A stretch of DNA of 64,000 bases from Trueperaceae bacterium (GTDB taxonomy: Bacteria; Deinococcota; Deinococci; Deinococcales; Trueperaceae). The position numbers and the translations under genes are program-made. Shown piece by piece: positions 10,601 to 19,912 of this stretch; the stretch's first letter is position 1; the number at the start of each line of letters is the position of its first letter. Under the pieces are notes generated by a model. It saw only the letters and a list, made by a program, of their open reading frames with translations. It was not told the origin of the DNA and searched no databases. The stretch lies in assembly GCA_965213705.1 (NCBI GenBank), contig OZ243913.1:3552001-3616000 (forward strand), in the 5' to 3' direction.

Positions 10601-11827
10601 TTAGTTTGCCCGCATCGCCTCGGCGGGGTTGAGGTTTCTCACACGCCTGCCGGGCACGACGATGGCGAGAACTGCTGCAATGAAGATGGTGATGGCCGCC
10701 CAAGCTAAGTAGGTCAGGCTCGAGGCCAGCACAAACTCGTCGCTCAGCGCCAGGCCGGACAGGTAAGCGCCGTAAAAGGTATTGATAAAGGGTCCTAAGA
10801 GGTTTGTGGCCGACATGAGCGCGTTGAGGCCGAACCCGAGCACCGCGCCGGCGGCGAAGCCGATAAAGGTGGTGTAGACGGCCTCGAGCGTGACCATCCG
10901 CGCAATCTGACCCTGACTGAGGCCGAGCGAGGTGATGACGCCGAACTCGCGCGTGCGCTCTATCACGCTGACAATCACGGTGCTCATCACGGTGACGGCA
11001 GCAAACAGCGCAATCATCAGGACAATCGGAATCATCGACGCACGTTTGTCCTCGATGCCCGCCATGAGGCCGCCCAAGAGTTCGCTGATGGGGTAAGCCG
11101 CCACGCCTTGCGGCAAGGCTGAGGCCGCGTTGAGCGCTTCGGCCACCCCTTCCTCGTCGCCCTGCCGCACGTCGAGCGCGACGCCCGTGGCGGTATCTAC
11201 ACCCGTAAGCGTTCTAGCATCCGTCAAGTGAACCAGCACCACGCCCTCGTCCACGGGGTTGATGTTGCTGTCGATGATGCCGACGACTTGCAGCCCCGCA
11301 CCCTGCGACCCGCCTACGGACTGCACGTCGAGCGCTAGGCGTTCGCCCACGCGCACGTCCAAGTCTTCAGCAAGAACTTTACCCAGCACGAGTTCGCCCT
11401 CGTTCTCGACCATGCGGCCCTCGCCGATGTCGCCGCCGATGTCACTGACTTGCCCTTCTAAGGTCGGGTCGATGCCGCGTACCTGTGCGCCCAAAGTGCG
11501 GTAAGGGGAACGCAGGAGAGCTTGGAACTCGAGCCTCGGCGCAAACCCCCGCACGCCCTCGACCCCTGTGAGCGCGTCTTCAAAATCCAGGGTCGGCAGG
11601 CTGTTTTCCGGGTCGGGGTCGGTCCGGTAGGACTCGGTCTGCACCATCACGGGGGCGCTCAAGTAACGGGCTTGTCCGCCCAACAGCACGTTGACAAAGC
11701 CGTCATAAAAACCCCAGAAGAAAATGATGGCAATGGTCGCGTAGGCCACCACAGCGAGTAAAAGCTGCGTGCGGCGCTTGTGCCGCCAGAGGTTACGCCA
11801 GGCGAGGCGGGAAATGGAGGTGGTCAT
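10601..11827 (-). CDS. ABC transporter permease (LolC/E, FtsX-like)
   Basis: LAWRNLWRHKRR, ERTREFGVITSLG; AAGGAG RBS before ATG 11827. Confidence 0.92.
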   Translation of the reverse strand: MTTSISRLAWRNLWRHKRRTQLLLAVVAYATIAIIFFWGFYDGFVNVLLGGQARYLSAPVMVQTESYRTDPDPENSLPTLDFEDALTGVEGVRGFAPRLEFQALLRSPYRTLGAQVRGIDPTLEGQVSDIGGDIGEGRMVENEGELVLGKVLAEDLDVRVGERLALDVQSVGGSQGAGLQVVGIIDSNINPVDEGVVLVHLTDARTLTGVDTATGVALDVRQGDEEGVAEALNAASALPQGVAAYPISELLGGLMAGIEDKRASMIPIVLMIALFAAVTVMSTVIVSVIERTREFGVITSLGLSQGQIARMVTLEAVYTTFIGFAAGAVLGFGLNALMSATNLLGPFINTFYGAYLSGLALSDEFVLASSLTYLAWAAITIFIAAVLAIVVPGRRVRNLNPAEAMRAN

Positions 11828-11924
11828 GGGGTGCTCCTTTCGGGTGGGAAGCAAGGCGTGAGAAGTAGGAAGTAAGGAGAGAGACTTCTTGATTCTCGCT
11901 TTTTACCTCTTATTTTTGCCTTTC

Positions 11925-12401
11925 TCATGCCGGTGTCGACTCCCGTGACGCTTTTAGCGCCTCCCAGCGCTCGAACACCCCGGGGAACTCGCGTTCGGCG
12001 AAGGCGTAAAAGTCACGCATTTCTTCCAAGCCGAGCCGCGCCTCGGGGTCTTCGGAGCCGAGCAGTTTGAGGCCCTGCTCCGCCAGTTCCCGGAACACAC
12101 GGAGTTGTTCGACGCCGCGGCGGGTCATCTCTAGCCAAGCGCCGTGTTTGTTGCGGAAGTAGTCGCGCCGTTCGCCCGGTCTCGAAACGCGCTCGACGAA
12201 GCCGAGCCCTATGAGGTAGCGCGTCGCGGTGCTGATGGAGCCGCGGCTGGCTTGCAAAGTTTTGGCTAAGTCGTCGGCGGACTGTTCGGCCGGTTCGGCG
12301 ACGAGGAGCGCGCCCAGCACGCGGCCCGACATGCGGGTCATGCCACCCTGCTCGAGTCTCAAGCCGACCTCTTCGATATAGCTTTCCTTCGCGTTACTCA
12401 A
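11925..12401 (-). CDS. GbsR/MarR-family transcriptional regulator
   Basis: GMTRMSGRVLGALLV...DLAKTLQASRGSISTATRYL...GERRDYF; TTG start at 12401 inferred from AGGAAG. Confidence 0.88.
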   Translation of the reverse strand: MSNAKESYIEEVGLRLEQGGMTRMSGRVLGALLVAEPAEQSADDLAKTLQASRGSISTATRYLIGLGFVERVSRPGERRDYFRNKHGAWLEMTRRGVEQLRVFRELAEQGLKLLGSEDPEARLGLEEMRDFYAFAEREFPGVFERWEALKASRESTPA

Positions 12402-12454
12402 AGTACACTTCCTGTGTATCAAAGGTTTTGAACGTTTAGAATTTACTGAAACCT

Positions 12455-12482
12455 ATAGTAGCACAGTTTGCTACACTCACAA
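12455..12482. promoter_or_regulatory. back-to-back extended -10 promoters forming an inverted repeat (GTAGCA-N5-TGCTAC)
   Basis: minus strand TGcTACTAT (12455-12463) toward the regulator; plus strand TGcTACACT (12469-12477) toward the structured intergenic region. Confidence 0.5.
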
Positions 12483-12499
12483 AAGTTCAGTACAGGTTC

Positions 12500-12720
12500 T
12501 GGGGTTGCCACGCGCCCGTTCGGCCTCGAGCGGGTTGGGCCTGACCGGGGTGAGCGCGTCCGTACAGGTGCGGGACGAGCCTCTACCGGTAACCGGGCGA
12601 AGCGGTACCTCGGCCCGGTTTGTCCCTTGCCCGCGGCCTCTTCAAACTCGCACTATTCGGGACCTGAAGGGCGGCCGGACTTCGCGGGGCAAGGCGCGCG
12701 AAAACTCGGCACGCGCCGAA
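12500..12720 (+). ncRNA. candidate structured RNA of unknown family
   Basis: five consecutive hairpins in a spacer without a credible ORF; no Rfam family recognised by eye. Confidence 0.35.
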
Positions 12721-12722
12721 CC

Positions 12723-12753
12723 AAAAAGAGGCCGCCTTAACAAGGCGGCCTCC
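12723..12753 (-). terminator. intrinsic terminator of rplS
   Basis: GAGGCCGCCTT-aac-AAGGCGGCCTC stem followed by a T-run on the minus strand. Confidence 0.85.
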
Positions 12754-12784
12754 TAAAAAGTGTGAAGGGCTGTAACCCCTTGGG

Positions 12785-13237
12785 TTAGCTCGGCTCGACA
12801 GGCACACCCGACTTGGCTTTGCCTTTGGGTTTGTCGCCGCGAGCGGCGCGCGCCGTGGCGCGGTCCTCTTCCTGGCGGCTCACGTCGGTCTTGAGGCGGG
12901 CGGCCTTGCCGCGCAACTCGCGCAGGTAGTAGAGCTTGGCGCGGCGCGTGCGGCCCCGGCGGACGATGGCTATTTGGTCGATGAGCGGCGAGTGTAGCGG
13001 AAACACGCGCTCGACGCCTTCGCCAAAACTCACTTTGCGAACCGTAAAGCTCGAGCGTGCGCCCTTGCCGTTTTGGCGCGCGATGACCACGCCCTCGAAA
13101 GCCTGGATGCGGGTGCGGGTCCCCTCGACAACCTTGTAGTCCACCCGCACGGTGTCACCCGTGTCGAACTCGGGAAGGTCGTCTTTCATAAAGGGTTGTT
13201 CTATCGAGCGCAAAATCGCGCCTTTGTTGTAGTTCAT
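12785..13237 (-). CDS. rplS: 50S ribosomal protein L19
   Basis: [13 protein letters not shown]...[17 protein letters not shown]...RRAKLYYLR. Confidence 0.98.
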   Translation of the reverse strand: MNYNKGAILRSIEQPFMKDDLPEFDTGDTVRVDYKVVEGTRTRIQAFEGVVIARQNGKGARSSFTVRKVSFGEGVERVFPLHSPLIDQIAIVRRGRTRRAKLYYLRELRGKAARLKTDVSRQEEDRATARAARGDKPKGKAKSGVPVEPS

Positions 13238-13448
13238 AAATACTCCTGCATTTCTCGAGCGGGTTCAAGCCCGTTTGGACGGCTCGGGGGCACAACCTTG
13301 CGATTGTAGCGCATACGCGGTCGTTGTGCAAGCGTTGGTGAGGTTGCCCAAACGTTGGCGACATTGTGCAAGCGTTGACGAAAGCGCGCGAAGGTCTTCG
13401 GCGGAAAGCGCGGTCGGTGTAAGGTGAGACCGGTGTAGAGTGAGACCG

Positions 13449-14132
13449 GTGTACGACTTCGCTTTCGCGTTTTGGTCTTTTTTGAACACTGACACGGCCG
13501 AGTTACCGGGGGGCAAAGCTCTCAGCCACGCCGAGGTGCCGTACCTCTTGAGCAACGCCGCCTGGTACCCGCGCCCGGGCGAGCTGAAAAGCGTGGCCGA
13601 ATGGTACGCGGCCCGAGACCTGCCGCCCGCGCTCGTCGCGCCCGCCCTGCGGGCGGCCAAGCTCGAGAACGCCCTTCGGGACGGCCCGTTCGAGCTGGAA
13701 CGAGCTTTTGTGTTTCGAGAAGCCGCCGCCCGAGAAGCTGTCCGAGAAGACGAGGGCCAGTCTGAGCGAGTTCGGGACGTGGTGGAACAGGTGAGTTGGG
13801 CGCAGACGCGCTACGCGGGCGAACTTCTGGCAAGTTTTTACGAACAGCCCGGGCTCGCCGTTGCCGTTGCCAAAAGCCTGACCGAGGCCATGCGGCACAG
13901 TGCCGACGTGCAGACTTTTCTCGCTTACCGCGACGAGCCGGTGGGGACGGCGGTTGCTTTCGAAAGAGAAAACCTTTTGAGTGCGATGTTGCTGCTCGAG
14001 AGCGGCGGCCTGGAGGCCCGCCTGGTTCGGGACGCCGAGGCGAGAGGCCTGACGGCCTTCGTGCTCGAGACCTTGCCCGAAGGCGTGACATTTCGCTCCG
14101 AGCGAAGCTTGGAACGCTGGTCGGTTCGCTGA
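13449..14132 (+). CDS. hypothetical protein (possibly degenerate GNAT-like C-terminus)
   Basis: coding-like ORF; TAGAGT 7 nt before GTG 13449; FLAYRDEPVGTA segment. Confidence 0.6.
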   Translation: MYDFAFAFWSFLNTDTAELPGGKALSHAEVPYLLSNAAWYPRPGELKSVAEWYAARDLPPALVAPALRAAKLENALRDGPFELERAFVFREAAAREAVREDEGQSERVRDVVEQVSWAQTRYAGELLASFYEQPGLAVAVAKSLTEAMRHSADVQTFLAYRDEPVGTAVAFERENLLSAMLLLESGGLEARLVRDAEARGLTAFVLETLPEGVTFRSERSLERWSVR

Positions 14133-14211
14133 GCGGCGAGTAAGGTTTGCCACAAACACCTTCCCCGAGAGTCGAAAGCGGCGGCTGTGCGTCTTTTAAG
14201 TTGGCAAAGCC

Positions 14212-14242
14212 AAAAAGAGGAACCGTGAGGGCGGTTCCTCTT
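14212..14242 (-). terminator. intrinsic terminator between convergent genes
   Basis: AAGAGGAACCG-tgaggg-CGGTTCCTCTT. Confidence 0.75.
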
Positions 14243-14291
14243 AACACTACCCGTTTCGAGGTTTTAACTTGGAGTTCTCAGCTTGAAGTTT

Positions 14292-15800
14292 TTAACGGCA
14301 ACCGCTCGAGGCGTTGACGCGTACCGGAACGGCGTCCGCGCCCATCGTGGCGTTGTTTGAAGTGTTGCCGTCGCTCGTCGTCAGGATGATGCCGACGTAG
14401 TAAGTGCCACTCGGCGTGCAGGTCGGAATGCGCGGCAGCACGGCGTTGACGCGTACTGAGGACTTGGGCGAGAAAACCCAGTCGAAAAAGTGCGAGCTGA
14501 TGGCGGTGTCGTAGCTGCTGATGTAGTCGTTGCTCGAGAGGTACACCGTCGCGTTGAAGCGGCCGCTGCGCGAGGCTTTCGAGTAGTTGTGAACCAGGTA
14601 GTTCAGGGTGCTCAAAGAAGTGCCCGCCGTCACGGTACCGGGCGCGGCGTTGGCGTCCAGGGTGTGAGCGTCGAAGCCGCTGGGCGTGTTGCTGTTTACC
14701 CAAGAACCGATGTCGCCGAACTTGCCGCTTGTCAGCCGGGTATGGTCGGTCCTGTCGACGCGGTTGCTGGTCGAGGCGACGGCGCGCACGACCCCGTCTT
14801 TGACGGCCCCGCTGCCGCTCTGGCCCCCGAACGAGGCGCGGTTGAACTTAGCCCGGTAGCTGTTCGGGCAGCTGTCGAAGTCGCCCGTGGCGTCGTACAT
14901 GTAGTTACCGCTGTAGCCGAGTTCGGCCGGATAACCGGGGTTTTTCCAGGTCCGGGCTTTGAAGTAGTCGCAGCCTGCGTAACCGTAGCTCTGCCAACCC
15001 GTAATCGCGCCGACGGGGCGGCTCAGGCGCACCAGCCCGACGTCGTGGTTGAGGTCGGCGTTGGTCGTCCAGGCCGTCCACGAATACAAGCTCGAGGACG
15101 CCACGCCGCCCCAGGGTTGGCTGCCGTTCTTGAAACCGGGCACGACGGTCACTTTTTCCGCCCAGGTGCCAAAATTTGGGTCGCTGGCTGCGTTGATGCA
15201 GTGCCCCGCGGTCAGCACCCAGCGCGGGTCTATCAGCGTGCCCGAGCACTGAAAGCCCCGAAGAACCCCGCTCGTGTCACGAAAGTTCATGAACAGCTTG
15301 ACGTGTTTGCGGTAGGGGTCGGCCGCGGGGTTGGAAATGTACGTGAGGCTGCCGAAGTTTTGAGGTGCGAAGTCGCCGGAGCCCACGGGAACTTCCAGCT
15401 TCGGCGCGGCTTCGCCGCCAGCGGTCTCACCGGTCAAGAGAGGGTTGAGGGATTCGGGGGCCGCGTCCTTGCTCAGCTCGCGGCCGGTCTCGGCGTCGTA
15501 GCTGACCAGTTTACCGGCGGGCGTGGCGGCCTGGGGGCTCAGTCCGCCCTCAGCCCCTTTTGGAAAGGGCATGGGTTGGTACCGGCTCGGGTCGAGGGTC
15601 GGTGCGGCCAAGTTGTCCAGCAGGGCCACGTCTTTTTGGGGCGCCGTGTCAAATTCAGGGGCTACCGTCTCGTCGAGCGCGGTGCTCAGCGCCTCGTTGG
15701 CACCGAGTTTGGGCTGAACTTCGGGCTCGGCGCCGGGCTGACCACAGGCCGCCAAAACGAGCAGCAGGACGAAAACCAAACACACCAGGGACTTTCTCAT
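14292..15800 (-). CDS. lipoprotein trypsin-like (V8/glutamyl endopeptidase type) serine protease with C-terminal beta domain
   Basis: lipobox LAAC; CSGTLI, LTAGHC (His), HDVGL (Asp), GQSGS (Ser); AGGAGG RBS. Confidence 0.9.
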   Translation of the reverse strand: MRKSLVCLVFVLLLVLAACGQPGAEPEVQPKLGANEALSTALDETVAPEFDTAPQKDVALLDNLAAPTLDPSRYQPMPFPKGAEGGLSPQAATPAGKLVSYDAETGRELSKDAAPESLNPLLTGETAGGEAAPKLEVPVGSGDFAPQNFGSLTYISNPAADPYRKHVKLFMNFRDTSGVLRGFQCSGTLIDPRWVLTAGHCINAASDPNFGTWAEKVTVVPGFKNGSQPWGGVASSSLYSWTAWTTNADLNHDVGLVRLSRPVGAITGWQSYGYAGCDYFKARTWKNPGYPAELGYSGNYMYDATGDFDSCPNSYRAKFNRASFGGQSGSGAVKDGVVRAVASTSNRVDRTDHTRLTSGKFGDIGSWVNSNTPSGFDAHTLDANAAPGTVTAGTSLSTLNYLVHNYSKASRSGRFNATVYLSSNDYISSYDTAISSHFFDWVFSPKSSVRVNAVLPRIPTCTPSGTYYVGIILTTSDGNTSNNATMGADAVPVRVNASSGCR

Positions 15801-15967
15801 TTTATCTCCTCCTTAGACGCAGGCTTGCCTGCGTCTGCGCCTTGGGACCTCTTTGTGCCCTAAGGCCCCCGCAGTGTGCGGCGACACCCCTGACCGCGCC
15901 CTGACCGCTTGCCCACCCAGCCTTGTCGGGCGGGCGACCACCGGGCACGGTGCGGTATACTCACCGC

Positions 15968-16888
15968 ATGGCACTTCAAACGGGTTTAGAGATTCTGCAA
16001 GCGGCGCGCGACGGCAAGTACGGCGTCGGGGCCTTCAACACCAACAACATGGAAATCACCCAGGCCATTTTGGAGGCCGCCGAAGAAACCGGCAGCCCGG
16101 TCATCCTGGCGATTTCCGAAGGCGCTATCAAGTACGGCGGTCGTCCGCTCATAGACATGGTCGTCCACGAAGCGGGTGTGGCGAGGGTTCCCGTCGCGGT
16201 TCACTTAGACCACGGCTCGTCGTTCGAAACGTGCTTGCGTTGTATTCGCTGGGGCTTTACCTCGGTGATGATAGACAAGTCCCACGAAGACGAAAAAACC
16301 AACACCCAAGAGACGAAAAAAGTCGTCGAGGCGGCGCACGCGGTCGGCGTGACGGTCGAGGCGGAAATCGGCCGCTTGGGCGGAGTCGAGGAGCACGTGG
16401 TCGTCGCTGAAGAAGACGCGATTCTCACCAAAGCGGACGAGGCCGAACGCTTTATGAAAAACACGGGCGCGGACTATCTCGCCGTCGCCATCGGCACGTC
16501 GCACGGCGCGAACAAGGGCTCGGGGCGGCCCTACATCCACCACGAGCGCATTCAGGAAATCGCCGCACTTATTCCCAACCCGCTCGTCATGCACGGCGCG
16601 TCGGGCGTGCCGCAGGACGTCGTGAAACGCCTCAACGACGCGGGCGGCCAGCTTGCAGACGCGGTCGGCATTCACGAAGACGACGTGCGCAAGGCCGTGA
16701 CCGAGGGCATCGCCAAAATCAACACCGACACCGACCTGCGCTTGGCGTTCACCGCGAGCCTCCGCGAAATTCTCAAAGACAAACCCCGAGAGTTCGACCC
16801 GCGCAAGATTTTAGGACCGGCGCGGGACGAGATGAAACGCGTCATCAAAGAGCGCATGGACGTGTTCGGCTCGGCGGGCAAAGCGTAA
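15968..16888 (+). CDS. fba: class II fructose-1,6-bisphosphate aldolase
   Basis: VGAFNTNNME, HLDHG, FTSVMID, GTSHG, MHGASG, KINTDTD; leaderless start. Confidence 0.97.
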   Translation: MALQTGLEILQAARDGKYGVGAFNTNNMEITQAILEAAEETGSPVILAISEGAIKYGGRPLIDMVVHEAGVARVPVAVHLDHGSSFETCLRCIRWGFTSVMIDKSHEDEKTNTQETKKVVEAAHAVGVTVEAEIGRLGGVEEHVVVAEEDAILTKADEAERFMKNTGADYLAVAIGTSHGANKGSGRPYIHHERIQEIAALIPNPLVMHGASGVPQDVVKRLNDAGGQLADAVGIHEDDVRKAVTEGIAKINTDTDLRLAFTASLREILKDKPREFDPRKILGPARDEMKRVIKERMDVFGSAGKA

Positions 16889-17244
16889 CAGAAGAATTTT
16901 TGGGCGTTTGTAGGGTCGTCTTGTAGGGTCGTCGGTTGTCCCCGGGGTCGCTTTTTAGTAGGCCCGCATAGGTCCAATAATTTGCGACGTGCACCGGCTT
17001 GACGGTTGCTCAGTTGGTACTTTCGCAAGAAGTCTGATAACTTTTTCAGCGTCTTTTTAACCTCTTTTTTCAGCGTCGTTTGTCTCCGTAAACCGCCACA
17101 AAGCAACCCGCGGACCCTCGAGCTTTCATAAAACTTTAACACTGTGTTCTCACTAACATCTCACTAACAAAACCGATTCATCCTTAGACCCAGGAGGAAA
17201 AGGCGTTCAGGGTGAGTTCAGACTTGCTTTGCCAAACTTTAACC

Positions 17245-17469
17245 ATGACCACTTCAACCACTTTTACAAGCAACGTCGACGTGAGCAAACTCAGCTTGAG
17301 CGGTGTCGAGCAGCTGACCGAGCGGTGCGAACGCCTCATCTACAGCCACAAAGCCGCTCTCGAGGACTACGAGCTTTACATCAGGTGTCAAACCGAACTT
17401 GCCAGGCGTGACACGAACCCCCAAAAACCGGGTTTTGCCAACGGGACGGCGCAGTTTATCAACAGCTAG
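17245..17469 (+). CDS. small hypothetical protein
   Basis: 74-85 aa ORF with coding-like codon use; AGGAGG upstream; start 17212 or 17245. Confidence 0.5.
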   Translation: MTTSTTFTSNVDVSKLSLSGVEQLTERCERLIYSHKAALEDYELYIRCQTELARRDTNPQKPGFANGTAQFINS

Positions 17470-17502
17470 ATTTGTTAACAGTTGGGCTTGTTAACAGCTA
17501 GG

Positions 17503-19068
17503 TCAGGACGCTCGCCGGTCTTTTTCAGGCCTACGATTCGGCGTGACGTAGACGGTTTTTTGCTGGGCGTAGTGAACCGCGCCCGGCGCTCCCCCCTTGG
17601 CCTTCCAGACATGTTTGCGCAACGTGTAGTCGACCGGCACGTTTTCGGACGCGCCGGCTTTGGAGTAGGCCGCGGCGAGCTGAGCGGCGAACAGCACCGT
17701 GTCGAACGGCACTTCGCTGTTTTCGGCTTGAACGACGACGTGCGAGCCCGTGTAGCCCTGGACGTGCAACCACACGTCGCGGCTGCGCGCGATGCGGAAC
17801 GTGACGATGTCGTTTTCTTTTGCGTTGCGCCCGACGACGACTTTGTAACCGTGGGGGCCGTCATAGCGGATGCCCGGCGCCAGCCGCGTCTGCGTTTTAG
17901 TTTTCGGCGCGTGGTGCTCGAGCAGTTCTGCAAGTTTTTTGTCACCGGCGGTGGGCAAGCAGGCGAGTAGGTCCTCTAAATCCGCCACCTCTGCCGCCAA
18001 CGCCTCTTCACGCGCTTCCGCTTGCTGGACACGGTCTTCACGTTTGCGCGCTCGCTCGTACAGCGCTTGGGCGTTGTCGACCGCGCTCAGTTTGGGGTCG
18101 AGTTGCAAGGTCAGTTCGCCGTCCGCAAAGTCCGGCAGCGTCACCCGGTCGGCGTTGGCGGGAACCTGGTACTGGTACGCCATGAGCACGTCGCCCTGAG
18201 CGCGCAGGGTGCCGGCGTCACGCGCCGCGGCGCGCGCCTTGTCGACGTCTGACAAGCGGTTTTGCACCAAGGCCAGCTCTTTTTCCAGGGCCGCACGGAG
18301 CCTCGTTTCGTTCGCGGCGCGCGCCTCTCGCGCGCGCAACTCGCCCAAGTCGGGCAGCTCTAAAGCCTCTCTCATAACCTCGGACGGATTGCCGGTCAAA
18401 CGCTTCAGGGCGGGCAGAACCCGGTTTACGTCCTCGGGCTCGAGCTTTTTGTCCGGGCTCACGCCGCTCGTCACGGCCAGGGCTTTCGTCAGGTCGGGGC
18501 CGACGCCGTCGACCAAACCGCGGAGTTTTTTCAAGGGTTTGCCCGTCAACACCTCGCGCAGTTCGTCCCCGCTCGCCTTTCGAGGGTCGAGCTTGTCGTA
18601 GGGCGGCGGGGGTTCGTAAGTGAGACCTGCGCGCACCTGCCGGAAGCGGTTGACGTCGCTGGCGATTTCACGCGCCGCGCCCAGGATTTTGCCGTGTTCG
18701 TCCGTCAAAATCAGGTTGCAGTTGCGCCCGGTAAGTTCGGCAATTAAAACCGCGGGCGGCACCGGCACGAAACCCGCTCCCGCCCCGAAGTGGAGTTTGA
18801 CCACCCGGTCGAGTTTAAGCTGTTCGACGTCTATCAGGTCACCGACGGCTCTGGCTACCAGCAGGTCTTGAAACCCCGAATGCGTGCCCCCCGGAGACGG
18901 CATCTCGCTCAAAAAAGCGACGCGCGGGTTGGGCGGGCGATTAAACAGCCACAGCGCGCCCCGGGCGAGCGGCAAAACAAACGTGTAAGCGTCGGGGAAG
19001 CGCCAGGAGAGCCGTTTGGTGGGCGTCTCGAGCTTGGCAACTTCTTCGGCGATGAGTAGGCCTTCCAT
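17503..19068 (-). CDS. rqcH: NFACT/RqcH (FbpA-like) ribosome quality-control protein
   Basis: LDRVVKL, AELTGRNCNLIL, VGRNAKEND, WLHVQGYTGSHVV, AAQLAAAYSK, VDYT. Confidence 0.92.
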   Translation of the reverse strand: MEGLLIAEEVAKLETPTKRLSWRFPDAYTFVLPLARGALWLFNRPPNPRVAFLSEMPSPGGTHSGFQDLLVARAVGDLIDVEQLKLDRVVKLHFGAGAGFVPVPPAVLIAELTGRNCNLILTDEHGKILGAAREIASDVNRFRQVRAGLTYEPPPPYDKLDPRKASGDELREVLTGKPLKKLRGLVDGVGPDLTKALAVTSGVSPDKKLEPEDVNRVLPALKRLTGNPSEVMREALELPDLGELRAREARAANETRLRAALEKELALVQNRLSDVDKARAAARDAGTLRAQGDVLMAYQYQVPANADRVTLPDFADGELTLQLDPKLSAVDNAQALYERARKREDRVQQAEAREEALAAEVADLEDLLACLPTAGDKKLAELLEHHAPKTKTQTRLAPGIRYDGPHGYKVVVGRNAKENDIVTFRIARSRDVWLHVQGYTGSHVVVQAENSEVPFDTVLFAAQLAAAYSKAGASENVPVDYTLRKHVWKAKGGAPGAVHYAQQKTVYVTPNRRPEKDRRAS

Positions 19069-19310
19069 GCAGGCAGTGTAACCGTTCTCAAACAAGCGGA
19101 AAGGTCGTGGGAGGCTCGAGCAGCGGGCGCTGCTGTAGCGAACCTCGGCACCTCAAAAAAACGCCACAGGAACTCTATTCGCCCAGAGCAAGCCGATTAG
19201 AGAACAGGGACTTTATAGATGAGTTTCTATAAGCAACCTTTTAGCCTTCAAATCAGGTGAAATAAAAAATAGTAGGCTATAATCTTTCTTGCCCCCTAAG
19301 GAGGCTCAGG

Positions 19311-19544
19311 ATGGCATTCGGCATCAAGTTCGACAGCCAGGGTAGAATTACCATCCCCAAGGAATTGAGGGCGGGTTTTAGTAAAGGGGAAACCTTTGTG
19401 GCTCGCTTAGAAGACGGGGCGCTCGTCCTCGAGCCCAAGACCGCTTTGCTCAGAAAAATGCAGGAACGTTACAAGGGTGATACCAGTTTGGTCGAGGAGT
19501 TGCGGCTGTTGCGCCGCCAAGAGAGTGCGCGGGACGAACCGTGA
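19311..19544 (+). CDS. AbrB/MazE-family antitoxin (VapB-like)
   Basis: FDSQGRITIPKELR; overlaps the PIN toxin start; TATAAT at 19278 and AGGAGG upstream. Confidence 0.88.
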   Translation: MAFGIKFDSQGRITIPKELRAGFSKGETFVARLEDGALVLEPKTALLRKMQERYKGDTSLVEELRLLRRQESARDEP

Positions 19545-19912
19545 ACGTGCTTGACGCCAGCGCCTTGCTCGCGGTGCTGCGTCAGGAGGTGCAACCGGGG
19601 ACGGTCGAGTTGGAGGGCGGTGTTTTGAGTTCGGTCAACCTAGCCGAAATCATTACAGTGCTGGTGAGAAATAGGAAACCGGTTGACACCCTCGTGGCTG
19701 AACTCGAGCTGTTGGGTGTCGTCGTCAAGCCGTTTACGTCGCAGGAAGCGGAGCGAGCCGGTCGGCTTTACGCGTTGACCCAACCTTACGGCCTCTCTTT
19801 AGGCGACCGGGCGTGCCTGGCGGTCGCCGACCTGTTGGGCGCTACGGCGGTCACGGCTGAATCCGCTTGGGCGAAGGTTGAGCATGGCGTCAAGGTCAAG
19901 GTTATCCGCTGA
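19541..19912 (+). CDS. vapC: VapC-family PIN toxin
   Basis: VLDASALLA, SVNLAE, GLSLGDRACLA. Confidence 0.92.
   Translation: MNVLDASALLAVLRQEVQPGTVELEGGVLSSVNLAEIITVLVRNRKPVDTLVAELELLGVVVKPFTSQEAERAGRLYALTQPYGLSLGDRACLAVADLLGATAVTAESAWAKVEHGVKVKVIR

Noticed and set aside
12530..12555. SRP RNA-like CCGGTCAGGCCC on the minus strand, and RNase P-like GAAGTCCGG near 12680
   Set aside because: Lacks the GGAA tetraloop/AGCAG of SRP helix 8 and the GAGGAAAGUCC and ACAGAA..CGGCUUA elements of RNase P.
14490..15863. 457-aa plus-strand ORF (also 23190..24170, 51922..53043, 47644..48717, 42508..43554, 36890..38074)
   Set aside because: Antisense or alternate-frame shadows of well-supported genes, with Arg/Gly/Pro-biased composition typical of GC-rich DNA and no motifs.
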